Origin: Bacilli bacterium
GTDB taxonomy: Bacteria > Bacillota_I > Bacilli_A > RF39 > UBA660
Length of the DNA stretch: 59,820 nt
Direction: 5' to 3'
Assembly (NCBI GenBank): GCA_051872535.1
Contig: JBJEDY010000023.1
Location: 1 to 59,820 of the forward strand
Each line of letters starts with the position of its first letter. Position 1 is the first letter of the stretch. Positions 48,496-57,409 of this stretch are shown piece after piece. The notes beneath the pieces are model-generated. The model was not told the origin of the DNA. It did not search any database and saw only the letters and a program-made list of their open reading frames with translations. The position numbers were made by a program, and so were the translations under genes.

Positions 48496-49557
48496 CTACT
48501 TTAAAGCTTGTATAGCTTCTGATAATGTTTTAACACCAATTATTTCAATATCATAATTATGTTCTTTTTTTACTTCCATAGCTTCATCATAATTTTCCAT
48601 TGGACATAAAAAGATATCAGCTTTTTTTCTTACAGCACCAGCTAACTTGTATTTAACGCCACCTATTTCACCAACATTACCCTCTATATCAATTTCACCA
48701 GTACCAATTATTTTTCTTCCATCCGTTAAATCATCTTCAGTTAAACGGTTATAGATTTCTAAAGCAGTCATAAGACCACCAGAAGACCCACTTTCACTTT
48801 CTTCAAACTTAACTTTAACTTGTGGATCACTTTCATATTCATATTCAGTTATTGCCATTATTCCCATTTTAACTCTTTTTGCTTTTTCTTCAGCACTTAA
48901 TTTTTCAAACTCTTCTTCTGTTTCATCTAAAACATTATAAAGTATAGCACTAACTTCAACTTCTTTATCATCTCTTATAACTTTAAGCCTAATTTCATCA
49001 CCTGGCATATATCCTTTAATAATTTCTTTTATTTCATTTAAATTAAGGACATTTATATCATTAACACTCTTTATAATATCATTTACTTCTAAAGTTGTGT
49101 CAGCTTGTTCATCAATATGAACAACATGAATCTTTGAATCAGTAATTCTTATATGTTCTTCATCATCTCCATAAAACTCTCTATATGCTGCTATAGATGC
49201 ATTAGCAATCGCTTCATGTAAATAAAGTTTATCACGATTAACACTATCTTCATAATCTTCATCACCAATGGTAAATTCTTTATAAGATACTATATCCCAA
49301 TCACTCCTTAATGCTCCAACCAACAAAGTTAATGGTGTTCCTTTTACCATTGTAACATAAGCCATATTAAAAGAACCTTCAGCTTCATTATCTGTATCAA
49401 TTACAACTCTATCTTCTAAAGAAATTGCACCACCTGGTGACTCTATAACATAAGGTAAAGGCAGATTCGTAAACAACACAACAAAAAGAAAAAACAAAAT
49501 AAATTTATACTCTTTTTTAATAAAACTTTTTATTTTCTCATATATATTAGTAATCAT
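48496..49557 (-). CDS. ylbL: YlbL/SepM-type PDZ plus Lon-like (S16) membrane-anchored serine protease
   Basis: An N-terminal TM segment, a PDZ-like GDEIRLKVIRD and a Lon protease-like C-domain (SSGGLMTALEIYN, GGVKYKLAGA). The ATG follows AAGGTGA. Confidence 0.8.
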   Translation of the reverse strand: MITNIYEKIKSFIKKEYKFILFFLFVVLFTNLPLPYVIESPGGAISLEDRVVIDTDNEAEGSFNMAYVTMVKGTPLTLLVGALRSDWDIVSYKEFTIGDEDYEDSVNRDKLYLHEAIANASIAAYREFYGDDEEHIRITDSKIHVVHIDEQADTTLEVNDIIKSVNDINVLNLNEIKEIIKGYMPGDEIRLKVIRDDKEVEVSAILYNVLDETEEEFEKLSAEEKAKRVKMGIMAITEYEYESDPQVKVKFEESESGSSGGLMTALEIYNRLTEDDLTDGRKIIGTGEIDIEGNVGEIGGVKYKLAGAVRKKADIFLCPMENYDEAMEVKKEHNYDIEIIGVKTLSEAIQALK

Positions 49558-49599
49558 AATAATCACCTTAATAGAATTATATCAAAAAAAGAGGAAAAT

Positions 49600-50466
49600 A
49601 TGAAATATATCATCAAAAAATGTTTAATATTAACACTATTGTTTTTATTTTTATTTTATATTATTACAAATAGTACAATTGTCAGTAATGATATTATCAA
49701 TTCCCTTATAATGTATTATGAAAAAGTATTTCCTTTTTTATTCCCATCAATCGTTATAACAAATCTTTTAATATACAATAACTTTCCTTATTATCTAGCT
49801 AAATACTTTAAAATCAGTTCAAAAACATACATATTATTAATGTCTTTATTAACTGGATGTCCAAGCAATGCTGTAATGATAAGAAAGATGTTAAACGATA
49901 ATAATTTATCTTTAGATAATGCTGAAAAAGTAATATCATATACTCAATTTAATAACCCAATTTTTTTATATAATATCTTAAATTTTTCTCTACCAAAAGA
50001 TTATTCTCTTGCAATTATAATTATTAATTACCTTTCCAGCTTTATCATTTTATTTTTATTACAAAGTAAAGAAAAAAAACCAACTAATATTATAAAGACA
50101 AATTACTCTATATCTCAATCGCTAACATTAGCTATAAATAATACGATAGAAACTTTAATACTTATCCTAGGAACAATTATCTTTTTTAATATAATTCCAC
50201 TAAAAAAACCATTTAAAGGACTTTTAGAGATAACTAATGGTCTTAACAATTTACCATACTTATTAATTTCAACTAATTTCAAAGCATTTCTAGCTATTAT
50301 TTATATTTCATTTGGTGGTCTTTGTATAATAATGCAAATAAAAAGTATCATGTCTGATACTTTAATTACTTATAAATACTATTTTAAATATCGAATAATT
50401 CATTTACTTCTTTCTATGTTATTGTTCTGCATGCTGCTGATATTCCAAGCTTTTCTCCGTCTTTAG
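49600..50466 (+). CDS. ylbJ: YlbJ-like sporulation integral membrane protein (nucleoside-recognition/Gate domain), short form
   Basis: 288 aa and multi-TM, with ..YYEKVFPFLFPSIVITNLL.. It is adjacent and divergent to ylbL, as in B. subtilis. Confidence 0.55.
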   Translation: MKYIIKKCLILTLLFLFLFYIITNSTIVSNDIINSLIMYYEKVFPFLFPSIVITNLLIYNNFPYYLAKYFKISSKTYILLMSLLTGCPSNAVMIRKMLNDNNLSLDNAEKVISYTQFNNPIFLYNILNFSLPKDYSLAIIIINYLSSFIILFLLQSKEKKPTNIIKTNYSISQSLTLAINNTIETLILILGTIIFFNIIPLKKPFKGLLEITNGLNNLPYLLISTNFKAFLAIIYISFGGLCIIMQIKSIMSDTLITYKYYFKYRIIHLLLSMLLFCMLLIFQAFLRL

Positions 50467-51001
50467 GAATATTTAAACCTTCTTCAATTTGTCCCATATA
50501 AAGTAGTTCAATATCAAATATCATTTTACTATCTAAAACACTACTGGTTAATTCTGTTGGAAAAACAAATTGCATATAAAACAAATCACCTTCTTCTTGG
50601 TAACAATAGAAATAATCATTACTATAATTTGCTGATTTCAATCTCCATCTTTCACCAGAACCATCTCCATCAGGTTTTTCACTATGTTCATAATAGAAAT
50701 ATTCTTTTTCTACTTTTATGATTCCATATGTATTATCAAAATATTCAAATCGTAAACAAGCTATATTAGATTCACCTAATGTATTACAACTACTTATAGT
50801 CTTTATTTCACGATCCAAAAAATCATCTTGAATAGTCTTAGTAATAATACTTCTATTTATTTGATCCTCAGACTTATAACTACTTAAACTTTCTTCTTGT
50901 CTTAAGTCAATTAATAAATTAAAAATAAATACCATAATTATTGATATCAAAACAACAGCAAGCATCACTTCAACAATTGTCATACCATTTTGTTTTCTCA
51001 T
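50414..51001 (-). CDS. Type IV prepilin-like (pseudopilin) protein
   Basis: The class III signal MRKQNG|MTIVEVMLAVVLISIIMVF has Gly at -1, Met at +1, Glu at +5 and a hydrophobic helix. 195 aa. Confidence 0.7.
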   Translation of the reverse strand: MRKQNGMTIVEVMLAVVLISIIMVFIFNLLIDLRQEESLSSYKSEDQINRSIITKTIQDDFLDREIKTISSCNTLGESNIACLRFEYFDNTYGIIKVEKEYFYYEHSEKPDGDGSGERWRLKSANYSNDYFYCYQEEGDLFYMQFVFPTELTSSVLDSKMIFDIELLYMGQIEEGLNIPKDGEKLGISAACRTIT

Positions 51002-51015
51002 TTTATCACCAAATT

Positions 51016-51534
51016 TTACTCACCTGTTACTATAAAGCTAATTGCAGATGAAGAACCACTTAAAACATTTGGACTTTCAGAATTAAACCATATTCTTACC
51101 GTATGAATCTTCGTATAACCTTTATCAATTTCTTCGGTTAATAAAATATAGTTTCCTTTTTTATCCATTTTAAAATCTTTTAGATTCTTAATCACATTAT
51201 CATCTACTGCAACTCTTAAATAATCTTCAACTTTAACATTGGAATTAATTCCATTTTTTAAAATTAAACTATAATCTGCTTTTTTCTTACTATTATTTGT
51301 TATATTTAATACATAAGGTTTAGTATTTAATCCAGCACTATCTCCCATTATGTATAAATTATTTGCTACTTCTTTTGAATTAACATCTAATATCAAATCA
51401 TCATCAGTTAAAATTTTATTACCTTTCACAGCACTATAAATTGCATATCCACCTATTAGTACTATTCCTAAAAATATAAATGCTATAAACACTTCTTTAA
51501 ATATTTGTTTATTTAATACTTTATTTGCATCCAT
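51016..51534 (-). CDS. Signal-anchored secreted protein, paralogous to the N-domain of the upstream 416-aa protein
   Basis: 172 aa with one N-terminal TM segment. It shares a ~100-aa module with the 51534..52784 product (..GL......I.NNS....Y....V.VD....LKD...IL...I....H.I..W.. F.I..E). Confidence 0.6.
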   Translation of the reverse strand: MDANKVLNKQIFKEVFIAFIFLGIVLIGGYAIYSAVKGNKILTDDDLILDVNSKEVANNLYIMGDSAGLNTKPYVLNITNNSKKKADYSLILKNGINSNVKVEDYLRVAVDDNVIKNLKDFKMDKKGNYILLTEEIDKGYTKIHTVRIWFNSESPNVLSGSSSAISFIVTGE

Positions 51535-52784
51535 TATTTTATCACATATGGATTATTTAAAGATCCATCTCCATTAACTATTCTAACTGTTGATTTTAAA
51601 TATACTACAGGTCTTAGCCCATGATTATTAGATACTAAATCTTCACTTACTAAACCTTCTGAATTTACAAAGAAAGCACTATTTATATTATTAGAATTAT
51701 TATTTATCAACCAATATTCTGTGCCATTATTTAACCAATTACCACTTAATCCATCAGCTTCGGCATAGTAATAATCACTTATAGTAAGTAAGCCGCAATC
51801 GCTTACAATACTATTTTCTCTTCCTAAAACATCTTTATTATTTAATTCATTACTATAAAAATCGGTTGCTTTATAATTTTTATAAGTTGTAATACCTCCA
51901 ACATTATATGTAACATAATCAAAAAGATTGATATCTTCTTCTATTATCTTATTTACTGCATAATCATTTAATATTAGTCCTAGATTTTCACCCCAAGAAT
52001 AATTAGAACTAGTTATATATTTGTCAGAACTTATACTACTATCTCTTACAATTTTAACACGAGATTCTAAACGATTATCTCCTTTAGAAACATCAAATAC
52101 TCCAACTATTCTCCATATTTCATTATTAAATTTAAGATAATTATTAGGAGATTCTCCAAAATATCTAATGTTACCAAAAGCATCTTCTAAAAGTCCACTA
52201 TCAATTGGCGTTACTTCACTAGAATTATTAAGACTTTTAATTATACCAGTTGCAACATCTGTAGCTGTTTCAGATTCAACACTTATTTGAAAATTAACCT
52301 TTTCTTCTTTATTAATCGCCCACATTTTAATATTATGAGTTATTACATCATTAACTTCATTGCTTTTTTTAACAATCCCACTAGTTAAGATAATTTTTCC
52401 ATTTCTTATTTCTAAATCTTTTAAACAATGGGGTTTTTCTCCATCAATACTAACTTTAATATTATCTTTACTAGAAATAGCATTAACATCTTCAATGAAG
52501 ATATGATACAAAACATCCAGATTACTATTATTAATAATACTAAAAGATTTACCAGCATTTTTAAGACCACTTTCATCAGTACTAACCGCTAATGTTGTCT
52601 CAATAAAATTATTATCTTTATAAGTCATAGTTAAAGGATATTCTTCTACTATATAATTATTTGTAGCAGTACCAATATTGCTAAAAGAAGAATAACTAAC
52701 ACTTATAACAAGTAAAGAAATTAAAAATACAGATACAACCATTACAACTGTTTTTCTTTTAAAAGTTTTCTCTATTGAGTTCAT
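51534..52784 (-). CDS. Signal-anchored two-domain secreted protein (shared N-module plus a C-terminal 'YWL...RPV' domain)
   Basis: The ATG at 52784 follows GGTAGGTGA, and there is an N-terminal TM segment. The C-terminus reads LLTISDYYYA...TEYWLINNN...HGLRPVVYLKS, resembling the DUF6273-type pattern. Confidence 0.65.
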   Translation of the reverse strand: MNSIEKTFKRKTVVMVVSVFLISLLVISVSYSSFSNIGTATNNYIVEEYPLTMTYKDNNFIETTLAVSTDESGLKNAGKSFSIINNSNLDVLYHIFIEDVNAISSKDNIKVSIDGEKPHCLKDLEIRNGKIILTSGIVKKSNEVNDVITHNIKMWAINKEEKVNFQISVESETATDVATGIIKSLNNSSEVTPIDSGLLEDAFGNIRYFGESPNNYLKFNNEIWRIVGVFDVSKGDNRLESRVKIVRDSSISSDKYITSSNYSWGENLGLILNDYAVNKIIEEDINLFDYVTYNVGGITTYKNYKATDFYSNELNNKDVLGRENSIVSDCGLLTISDYYYAEADGLSGNWLNNGTEYWLINNNSNNINSAFFVNSEGLVSEDLVSNNHGLRPVVYLKSTVRIVNGDGSLNNPYVIK

Positions 52785-52830
52785 CCTAGTCACCTACCAT
52801 AACAATGATAACATAAATAGATTAAATTAT

Positions 52831-52857
52831 AAAGAAAAATCACCATTTTGGTGATTT
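52831..52857 (-). terminator. Terminator closing the spoVID-ysxE unit
   Basis: On the minus strand AAATCACC-AAAAT-GGTGATTT is followed by TTTCTTT. Confidence 0.6.
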
Positions 52858-53089
52858 AAATAATATTTATTAAATTTTTCAAAAGAATATATCTATTAAA
52901 TGGCAAAAACTTTTAAAACTCATACTATAATATAGGTGATGAAAAATGTGTCCAAAACATCCTAAAAAAGCAGGACCTTTTACTTTTATAGCATTATTAT
53001 GTTTAGCAGTTCTTATCTTTTATCAAATAATTCTTACCTTAATAGTACCACTAAGATTTAATGTTTTTATCCTTTTTATTGAATTATTT

Positions 53090-53986
53090 TTATTCGGTTT
53101 TCTTTTCTTCCGAATAATATGGTTTTAATACTTCTTCTGTTTTAAATATATAATCATATAATTTACCAATTTTCATACATTTTTCGTATTCAGTACCATC
53201 AATAGTTATTTTATCTGGTATCGAAATACAAATAAAAAGCAATTGTTTTTCTTCTTCTTTTAATTCAAAATTATTAAAATAAGTAGAAAAAATACTATTA
53301 AAATGTAAATTATAAAATTCTTTACGATAGAAATTAATCATATCTAAAATTGGTGAGTCAACTACAGCTTTATCCCAACTTATTAAATAATCTTTATCAC
53401 CTTTAATAAAATGATCTAACTCTAGATTATTATGAATTAAAGATACCCTTTCTTCATGTTTATCTTTAACTAAAATATACCACTCTTCTATTTTAGCATT
53501 GCAGAAATTAAGGCAGTTATTTATTTCATAATAATTACGTAAAAACAAATACTCAGATGGACTATTATAATCATTTAAAACATATAAATCAAACAAATCA
53601 CTATAATAACTTTTTAAATCAATTATATTAGCTTTAACATTATCATAAATTGCTTTATAAGTATCACCAGTTACCTCTTTATAGTAACTGGTTTTATTAT
53701 GAAGTAATGCTATCAATTCTGTTAAATCTAACGCTTTTTGTTCTATTGGCATTGAAATACCTTTAACATATTCAAAAACATTTACATCATCTCTATTAAA
53801 CTCAACTAACTTCGGAAAATAATCAAAACTACGACTTTTTAAATACTGATACAAATTATAAATATCAATATTTTTTTCTTTTACAATTAAATCACCACTA
53901 GTAGAATTAAGAATAACTACTTGACCTTTCTTGGTAATTTTATATGGTTTATATGTTTCTTTTAATATTTCAATACTTCTATTCAT
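53090..53986 (-). CDS. ysxE: CotS/YsxE-family spore-coat kinase-like protein
   Basis: 298 aa with a phosphotransferase-fold pattern. It overlaps the spoVID stop, matching the B. subtilis spoVID-ysxE operon. Confidence 0.7.
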   Translation of the reverse strand: MNRSIEILKETYKPYKITKKGQVVILNSTSGDLIVKEKNIDIYNLYQYLKSRSFDYFPKLVEFNRDDVNVFEYVKGISMPIEQKALDLTELIALLHNKTSYYKEVTGDTYKAIYDNVKANIIDLKSYYSDLFDLYVLNDYNSPSEYLFLRNYYEINNCLNFCNAKIEEWYILVKDKHEERVSLIHNNLELDHFIKGDKDYLISWDKAVVDSPILDMINFYRKEFYNLHFNSIFSTYFNNFELKEEEKQLLFICISIPDKITIDGTEYEKCMKIGKLYDYIFKTEEVLKPYYSEEKKTE

Positions 53987-54785
53987 CTTGATATATTGGA
54001 ATGATGATTTTATCTTTTGGACCTATATTACTAATATCATTATACTCTTCAATAAGGCTCATATTAACATTATATAGTTTACAAACCGTCTCTATAGTTT
54101 CTTCTTCTTTTAAAATATGTACATGATAAGTGACATATTCACTTTTTTCCGCTGTTTCATCTTTAATATCTTCTTTAATATTCTCTTCTACGATATTATT
54201 GTCATCAATCTCAACAATATCTTCTTGCGGTTTAATTACTTCGGATAAAATGGCATTTTCTCTTACATTTTCTTTTATTTCAGGTTCTTCTTTTATTTCA
54301 GGTTCTTCTTTTATTTCAGGTTCTTCTTTTATTTCTGGTTCTTCTTTTATTTCTGACTCTTCTTTTATTTCTCTGTCCTCCAATAATTCATTAGCTTCCT
54401 TTAAAAAATCACTAGGATCTTCTACCTCTTCTTCTGTAGGCATTATTATTTCTTTTCTTTCTTCCTTAATTCTTTCTCCTATTAAACTATATTCTATTTT
54501 TACTTCCAAAATATCTCCTTTAAAATCATATGTAAAATCTTCAATTTCCATTTTTATAGAATCCAAATCAATGTCATCATCAATATCAATACTAAATGGT
54601 AAAGAATATTTAAAATCTTCCTTATTAACACTTAATTCATGACTTTTATACTCTCCTGTTACAACAAATTCGCCCTTAATTGTATTATTTACAATATTAT
54701 AGTTATGTTCTAATGAAATACTAGATATTTCGGCAATATTTGTTTTGAAAACTATTTCTTTACTAAAAGGTATCACACTTTTCAT
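53979..54785 (-). CDS. spoVID: Stage VI sporulation protein D-like coat morphogenetic protein (N-domain, acidic repeats, C-terminal LysM)
   Basis: The N-terminus is MKSVIPFSKEIVFKTNIAEISSISLEH. EIKEE[PS] repeats follow, then the LysM YVTYHVHILKEEETIETVCKLYNV.... Confidence 0.7.
   Translation of the reverse strand: MKSVIPFSKEIVFKTNIAEISSISLEHNYNIVNNTIKGEFVVTGEYKSHELSVNKEDFKYSLPFSIDIDDDIDLDSIKMEIEDFTYDFKGDILEVKIEYSLIGERIKEERKEIIMPTEEEVEDPSDFLKEANELLEDREIKEESEIKEEPEIKEEPEIKEEPEIKEEPEIKENVRENAILSEVIKPQEDIVEIDDNNIVEENIKEDIKDETAEKSEYVTYHVHILKEEETIETVCKLYNVNMSLIEEYNDISNIGPKDKIIIPIYQDE
54270..54371 (-). repeat. In-frame 18-bp tandem repeat (~5.7 units) encoding EIKEE[P/S]
   Basis: The plus strand reads TTCAGGTTCTTCTTTTAT reiterated. 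It translates to SEIKEEPEIKEEPEIKEEPEIKEEPEIKEN. Confidence 0.9.
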
Positions 54786-54879
54786 AATATCCTCTCCCTC
54801 TAATTAATGATATGAATAATTATATATCTTAGAACCAAAAATAGATTAATGCTACTTTTTCAACTTTTCCTACCCATAT

Positions 54880-54907
54880 AAAAAATCCTCTTACTATCGT
54901 AAAAGGA
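54880..54907 (-). terminator. lonA terminator
   Basis: On the minus strand TCCTTTTA-CGATAG-TAAGAGGA (one mismatch) is followed by T6. Confidence 0.55.
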
Positions 54908-54963
54908 ATTTTTACTTAACATTTAACCAACCAATAAACTAAATAAAATCTAATATGTCGAAA

Positions 54964-57291
54964 TCAATCTAATTTTTTAAACAAATAATTAAATATTTCT
55001 ATATAGTTACTTACTGGGATTATTTCTATAGTATTTAAAATTTGAGTTGGAATATCATCTAAATCAGCTAAATTGGCTATTGGAATAAAAATCTTATTGA
55101 CATCTTTGTTATATGCACCAATAATCTTTTCTTTTAACCCACCAATTTTTAGAATATCTCCTCGCAATGTAATTTCACCTGTCATAGCATAATTCTTTTC
55201 AACTACTTTATTTAGTAATAATGAAATAATAGCTGTAACTATAGTAACTCCAGCACTTGGACCATCTTTCTTAATAGCACCATCTAAAAAATGAATATGA
55301 ATTAAATTGTCATCAAATACTTTATTATCAATTTTAAATTCTTTAGCTTTACTTTTAATATAACTAATTGCAACTTTAACAGATTCATCCATCGATTGAC
55401 CAATCATACCAGTAATCATATAACTATCTTTAGACGGATACATTACTGCTTCTACAGGCATCATCATTCCACCATATGCTGTATAGGCAAGTCCATTAAC
55501 TAACCCAGGTACTAAAGTATAATTAGCTTCTACTAAATCATATTTAATTGGTCCTAAATATTTATCTAAATCACTCTTCTTAATAACTATCTTTTTGACA
55601 TCAATTTTCTTTTTTACAGATTCTGTAACTATCTTACGAACAATAGTTGATAATTGTCTTTGTAATTCTCTTACCCCAGCTTCTTTAGTATATTTATTAA
55701 TTATCATTCTAATAATATCATCATCAAACTTAATTAGAGAATTTTTTAACATATGTTCTTCAAATATCTTCGGTAGTAAATACTTTTTAGCAATATCAAT
55801 TTTCTCAAACTCTGTATAACTAGATAATTCAATTACTTCTAAACGATCTATTAAAGCTTCGGGAATAGTATCAAAAGAATTAGCAGTTAAAATGAACATA
55901 ACATTACTTAAATCAAATGGCTCTTCCACGTAATTATCGATAAACATTTTATTTTGTTCAGGATCCAATATATCTAATAATACAGCAGCTGGATCACCTT
56001 TATAATCTTTAACCATTTTGTCAACTTCATCAATCAAAATCAAAGGATTAGAAGTGTTACATTTTTTTATAGCTTGAATTATCTTACCAGTATTAGAGCC
56101 AATATAAGTTCTTCTATGACCAACTAATTCGCCACCATCATTTAATCCTCCAACGCTAATCTTATAAAACTCTTTATTTAGACTTTTAGCAATTCCCATT
56201 GCAAGAGATGTTTTACCTACCCCTGGAGGTCCAACTAAACAAATAATTGGACTTTTGAGATTTTTATTTCGTTTTTTAACAGCAATATATTCGACAATAC
56301 GATCTTTAATCTTATCAAGGCCGTAATGTGTACTATCTAAATATTTTTTTATTGCATCTAAATCGTTATTATCTTTACTAATAACACCCCATGGTAAAGA
56401 AATCACTAAATCTAAATAACTTCTAATCATTGACATTTCTGGACTAGATTCATTAGTATATTCCAGTTTTTTAACTTCTTTTAATAATTTATCTCTCGTA
56501 TTAGAAGATATATCTAATTCACTAATTACCTCCAAATATTTTGAAATAATTTCATCTTTAGCATTTTCTTCTCCAAGTTCTTTTTTAATACTTTCTATTT
56601 TTTCTCTTAATATGATTTCTTTTTGATTCTGTTCAAAATCATTTCGTAAAGCTTCATCAAGTTTTTCATCCAATTCAACAACTTGTAATTCAATATTTAA
56701 ATCATATATTAATGCATTAGCACGATGTAAAGCATTAATTTCTTCCATATAAAGCATTTTTTTATCTATTGAAAATGGTATAAAAGATGTAATAATATCT
56801 GTTAAACGATATAAATCATGTACTTCTCTAATATTACTTAAAATACTATTTGAGACATAAGGAGAAGCATTAATGTATTTTTCTAATACTTCTATCAATT
56901 TTCTTCTTAATGCTGTTTCTTCTATTACATCAAACTTTGGGAAATCAAGTTCCATAACATCTGCTTGTAATATTGATTTAATGTGTTTATTATTAAAATA
57001 ATTAAGAATTTTTACTCTTTTAAACCCACTAATTACAACTCTAAAATTACCATTGGGTAATTCTATCTTACTCTTAATCTTTCCTACTACACCGATACTA
57101 GGTAAATCGCTTACCTCTGGAGATTCCTCATACTGGTCTTTTGGACAAATAATTAATAATTGGTCATTATATTTATTAGTAGATAAATTAATTACTTTTG
57201 TACTACTATCATTATTAAGTTCTAGTCTTACTTCTTGAGTAGGGAGTAGTACCAATCCTTTAAGGAGCATTACTGGTAATGTATATTTCAT
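54964..57291 (-). CDS. lon: ATP-dependent Lon protease (LonA)
   Basis: 775 aa with the LON N-domain, Walker A GPPGVGKTS, DEVDKM, the protease Ser DGPSAGVT and Lys GGLKEK. Confidence 0.95.
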   Translation of the reverse strand: MKYTLPVMLLKGLVLLPTQEVRLELNNDSSTKVINLSTNKYNDQLLIICPKDQYEESPEVSDLPSIGVVGKIKSKIELPNGNFRVVISGFKRVKILNYFNNKHIKSILQADVMELDFPKFDVIEETALRRKLIEVLEKYINASPYVSNSILSNIREVHDLYRLTDIITSFIPFSIDKKMLYMEEINALHRANALIYDLNIELQVVELDEKLDEALRNDFEQNQKEIILREKIESIKKELGEENAKDEIISKYLEVISELDISSNTRDKLLKEVKKLEYTNESSPEMSMIRSYLDLVISLPWGVISKDNNDLDAIKKYLDSTHYGLDKIKDRIVEYIAVKKRNKNLKSPIICLVGPPGVGKTSLAMGIAKSLNKEFYKISVGGLNDGGELVGHRRTYIGSNTGKIIQAIKKCNTSNPLILIDEVDKMVKDYKGDPAAVLLDILDPEQNKMFIDNYVEEPFDLSNVMFILTANSFDTIPEALIDRLEVIELSSYTEFEKIDIAKKYLLPKIFEEHMLKNSLIKFDDDIIRMIINKYTKEAGVRELQRQLSTIVRKIVTESVKKKIDVKKIVIKKSDLDKYLGPIKYDLVEANYTLVPGLVNGLAYTAYGGMMMPVEAVMYPSKDSYMITGMIGQSMDESVKVAISYIKSKAKEFKIDNKVFDDNLIHIHFLDGAIKKDGPSAGVTIVTAIISLLLNKVVEKNYAMTGEITLRGDILKIGGLKEKIIGAYNKDVNKIFIPIANLADLDDIPTQILNTIEIIPVSNYIEIFNYLFKKLD

Positions 57292-57323
57292 GACTCGCCT
57301 CCCAATTGACTAACATAATGGTT

Positions 57324-57352
57324 ATTATATAAGTTAATACTTTATTTGTAAA
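57324..57352 (-). promoter_or_regulatory. lon promoter
   Basis: On the minus strand: TTTACA (57352-47), a 17-nt spacer, then TATAAT (57329-24). Confidence 0.6.
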
Positions 57353-57356
57353 TCTT

Positions 57357-57373
57357 TTTGACACTATTTGACG
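57357..57373 (-). promoter_or_regulatory. CtsR operator (tandem heptad)
   Basis: The minus strand reads cGTCAAAtagtGTCAAA against the consensus RGTCAAAnAnRGTCAAA. It abuts the -35. Confidence 0.65.
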
Positions 57374-57374
57374 C

Positions 57375-57405
57375 TAAAAAAATATTACCAATGTTTGGTA
57401 ATATT
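57375..57405 (-). terminator. Terminator after the 329-aa gene
   Basis: On the minus strand AATATTACCAA-ACA-TTGGTAATATT is followed by T6. Confidence 0.7.
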
Positions 57406-57409
57406 TAAT

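Noticed and set aside
52946-53128. 60-aa hydrophobic plus-strand ORF with an AGGTGA-like SD
   Set aside because: It overlaps the 3' end of ysxE on the opposite strand and lies between a minus-strand gene and its terminator. Its composition is consistent with a chance ORF. It cannot be excluded as a small membrane protein, but it is not supported.
54270-54371. Possible CRISPR-like or minisatellite array
   Set aside because: The 18-bp units are contiguous with no spacers, they are in frame within spoVID, and no cas genes are present.
54130-54642. 170-aa Ser/Phe/Ile-rich plus-strand ORF with an SSFISG repeat
   Set aside because: It is the antisense shadow of the spoVID acidic EIKEEP repeat region. 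It has no RBS, and its composition is what the reverse strand of an AT-rich E/K-coding gene produces.
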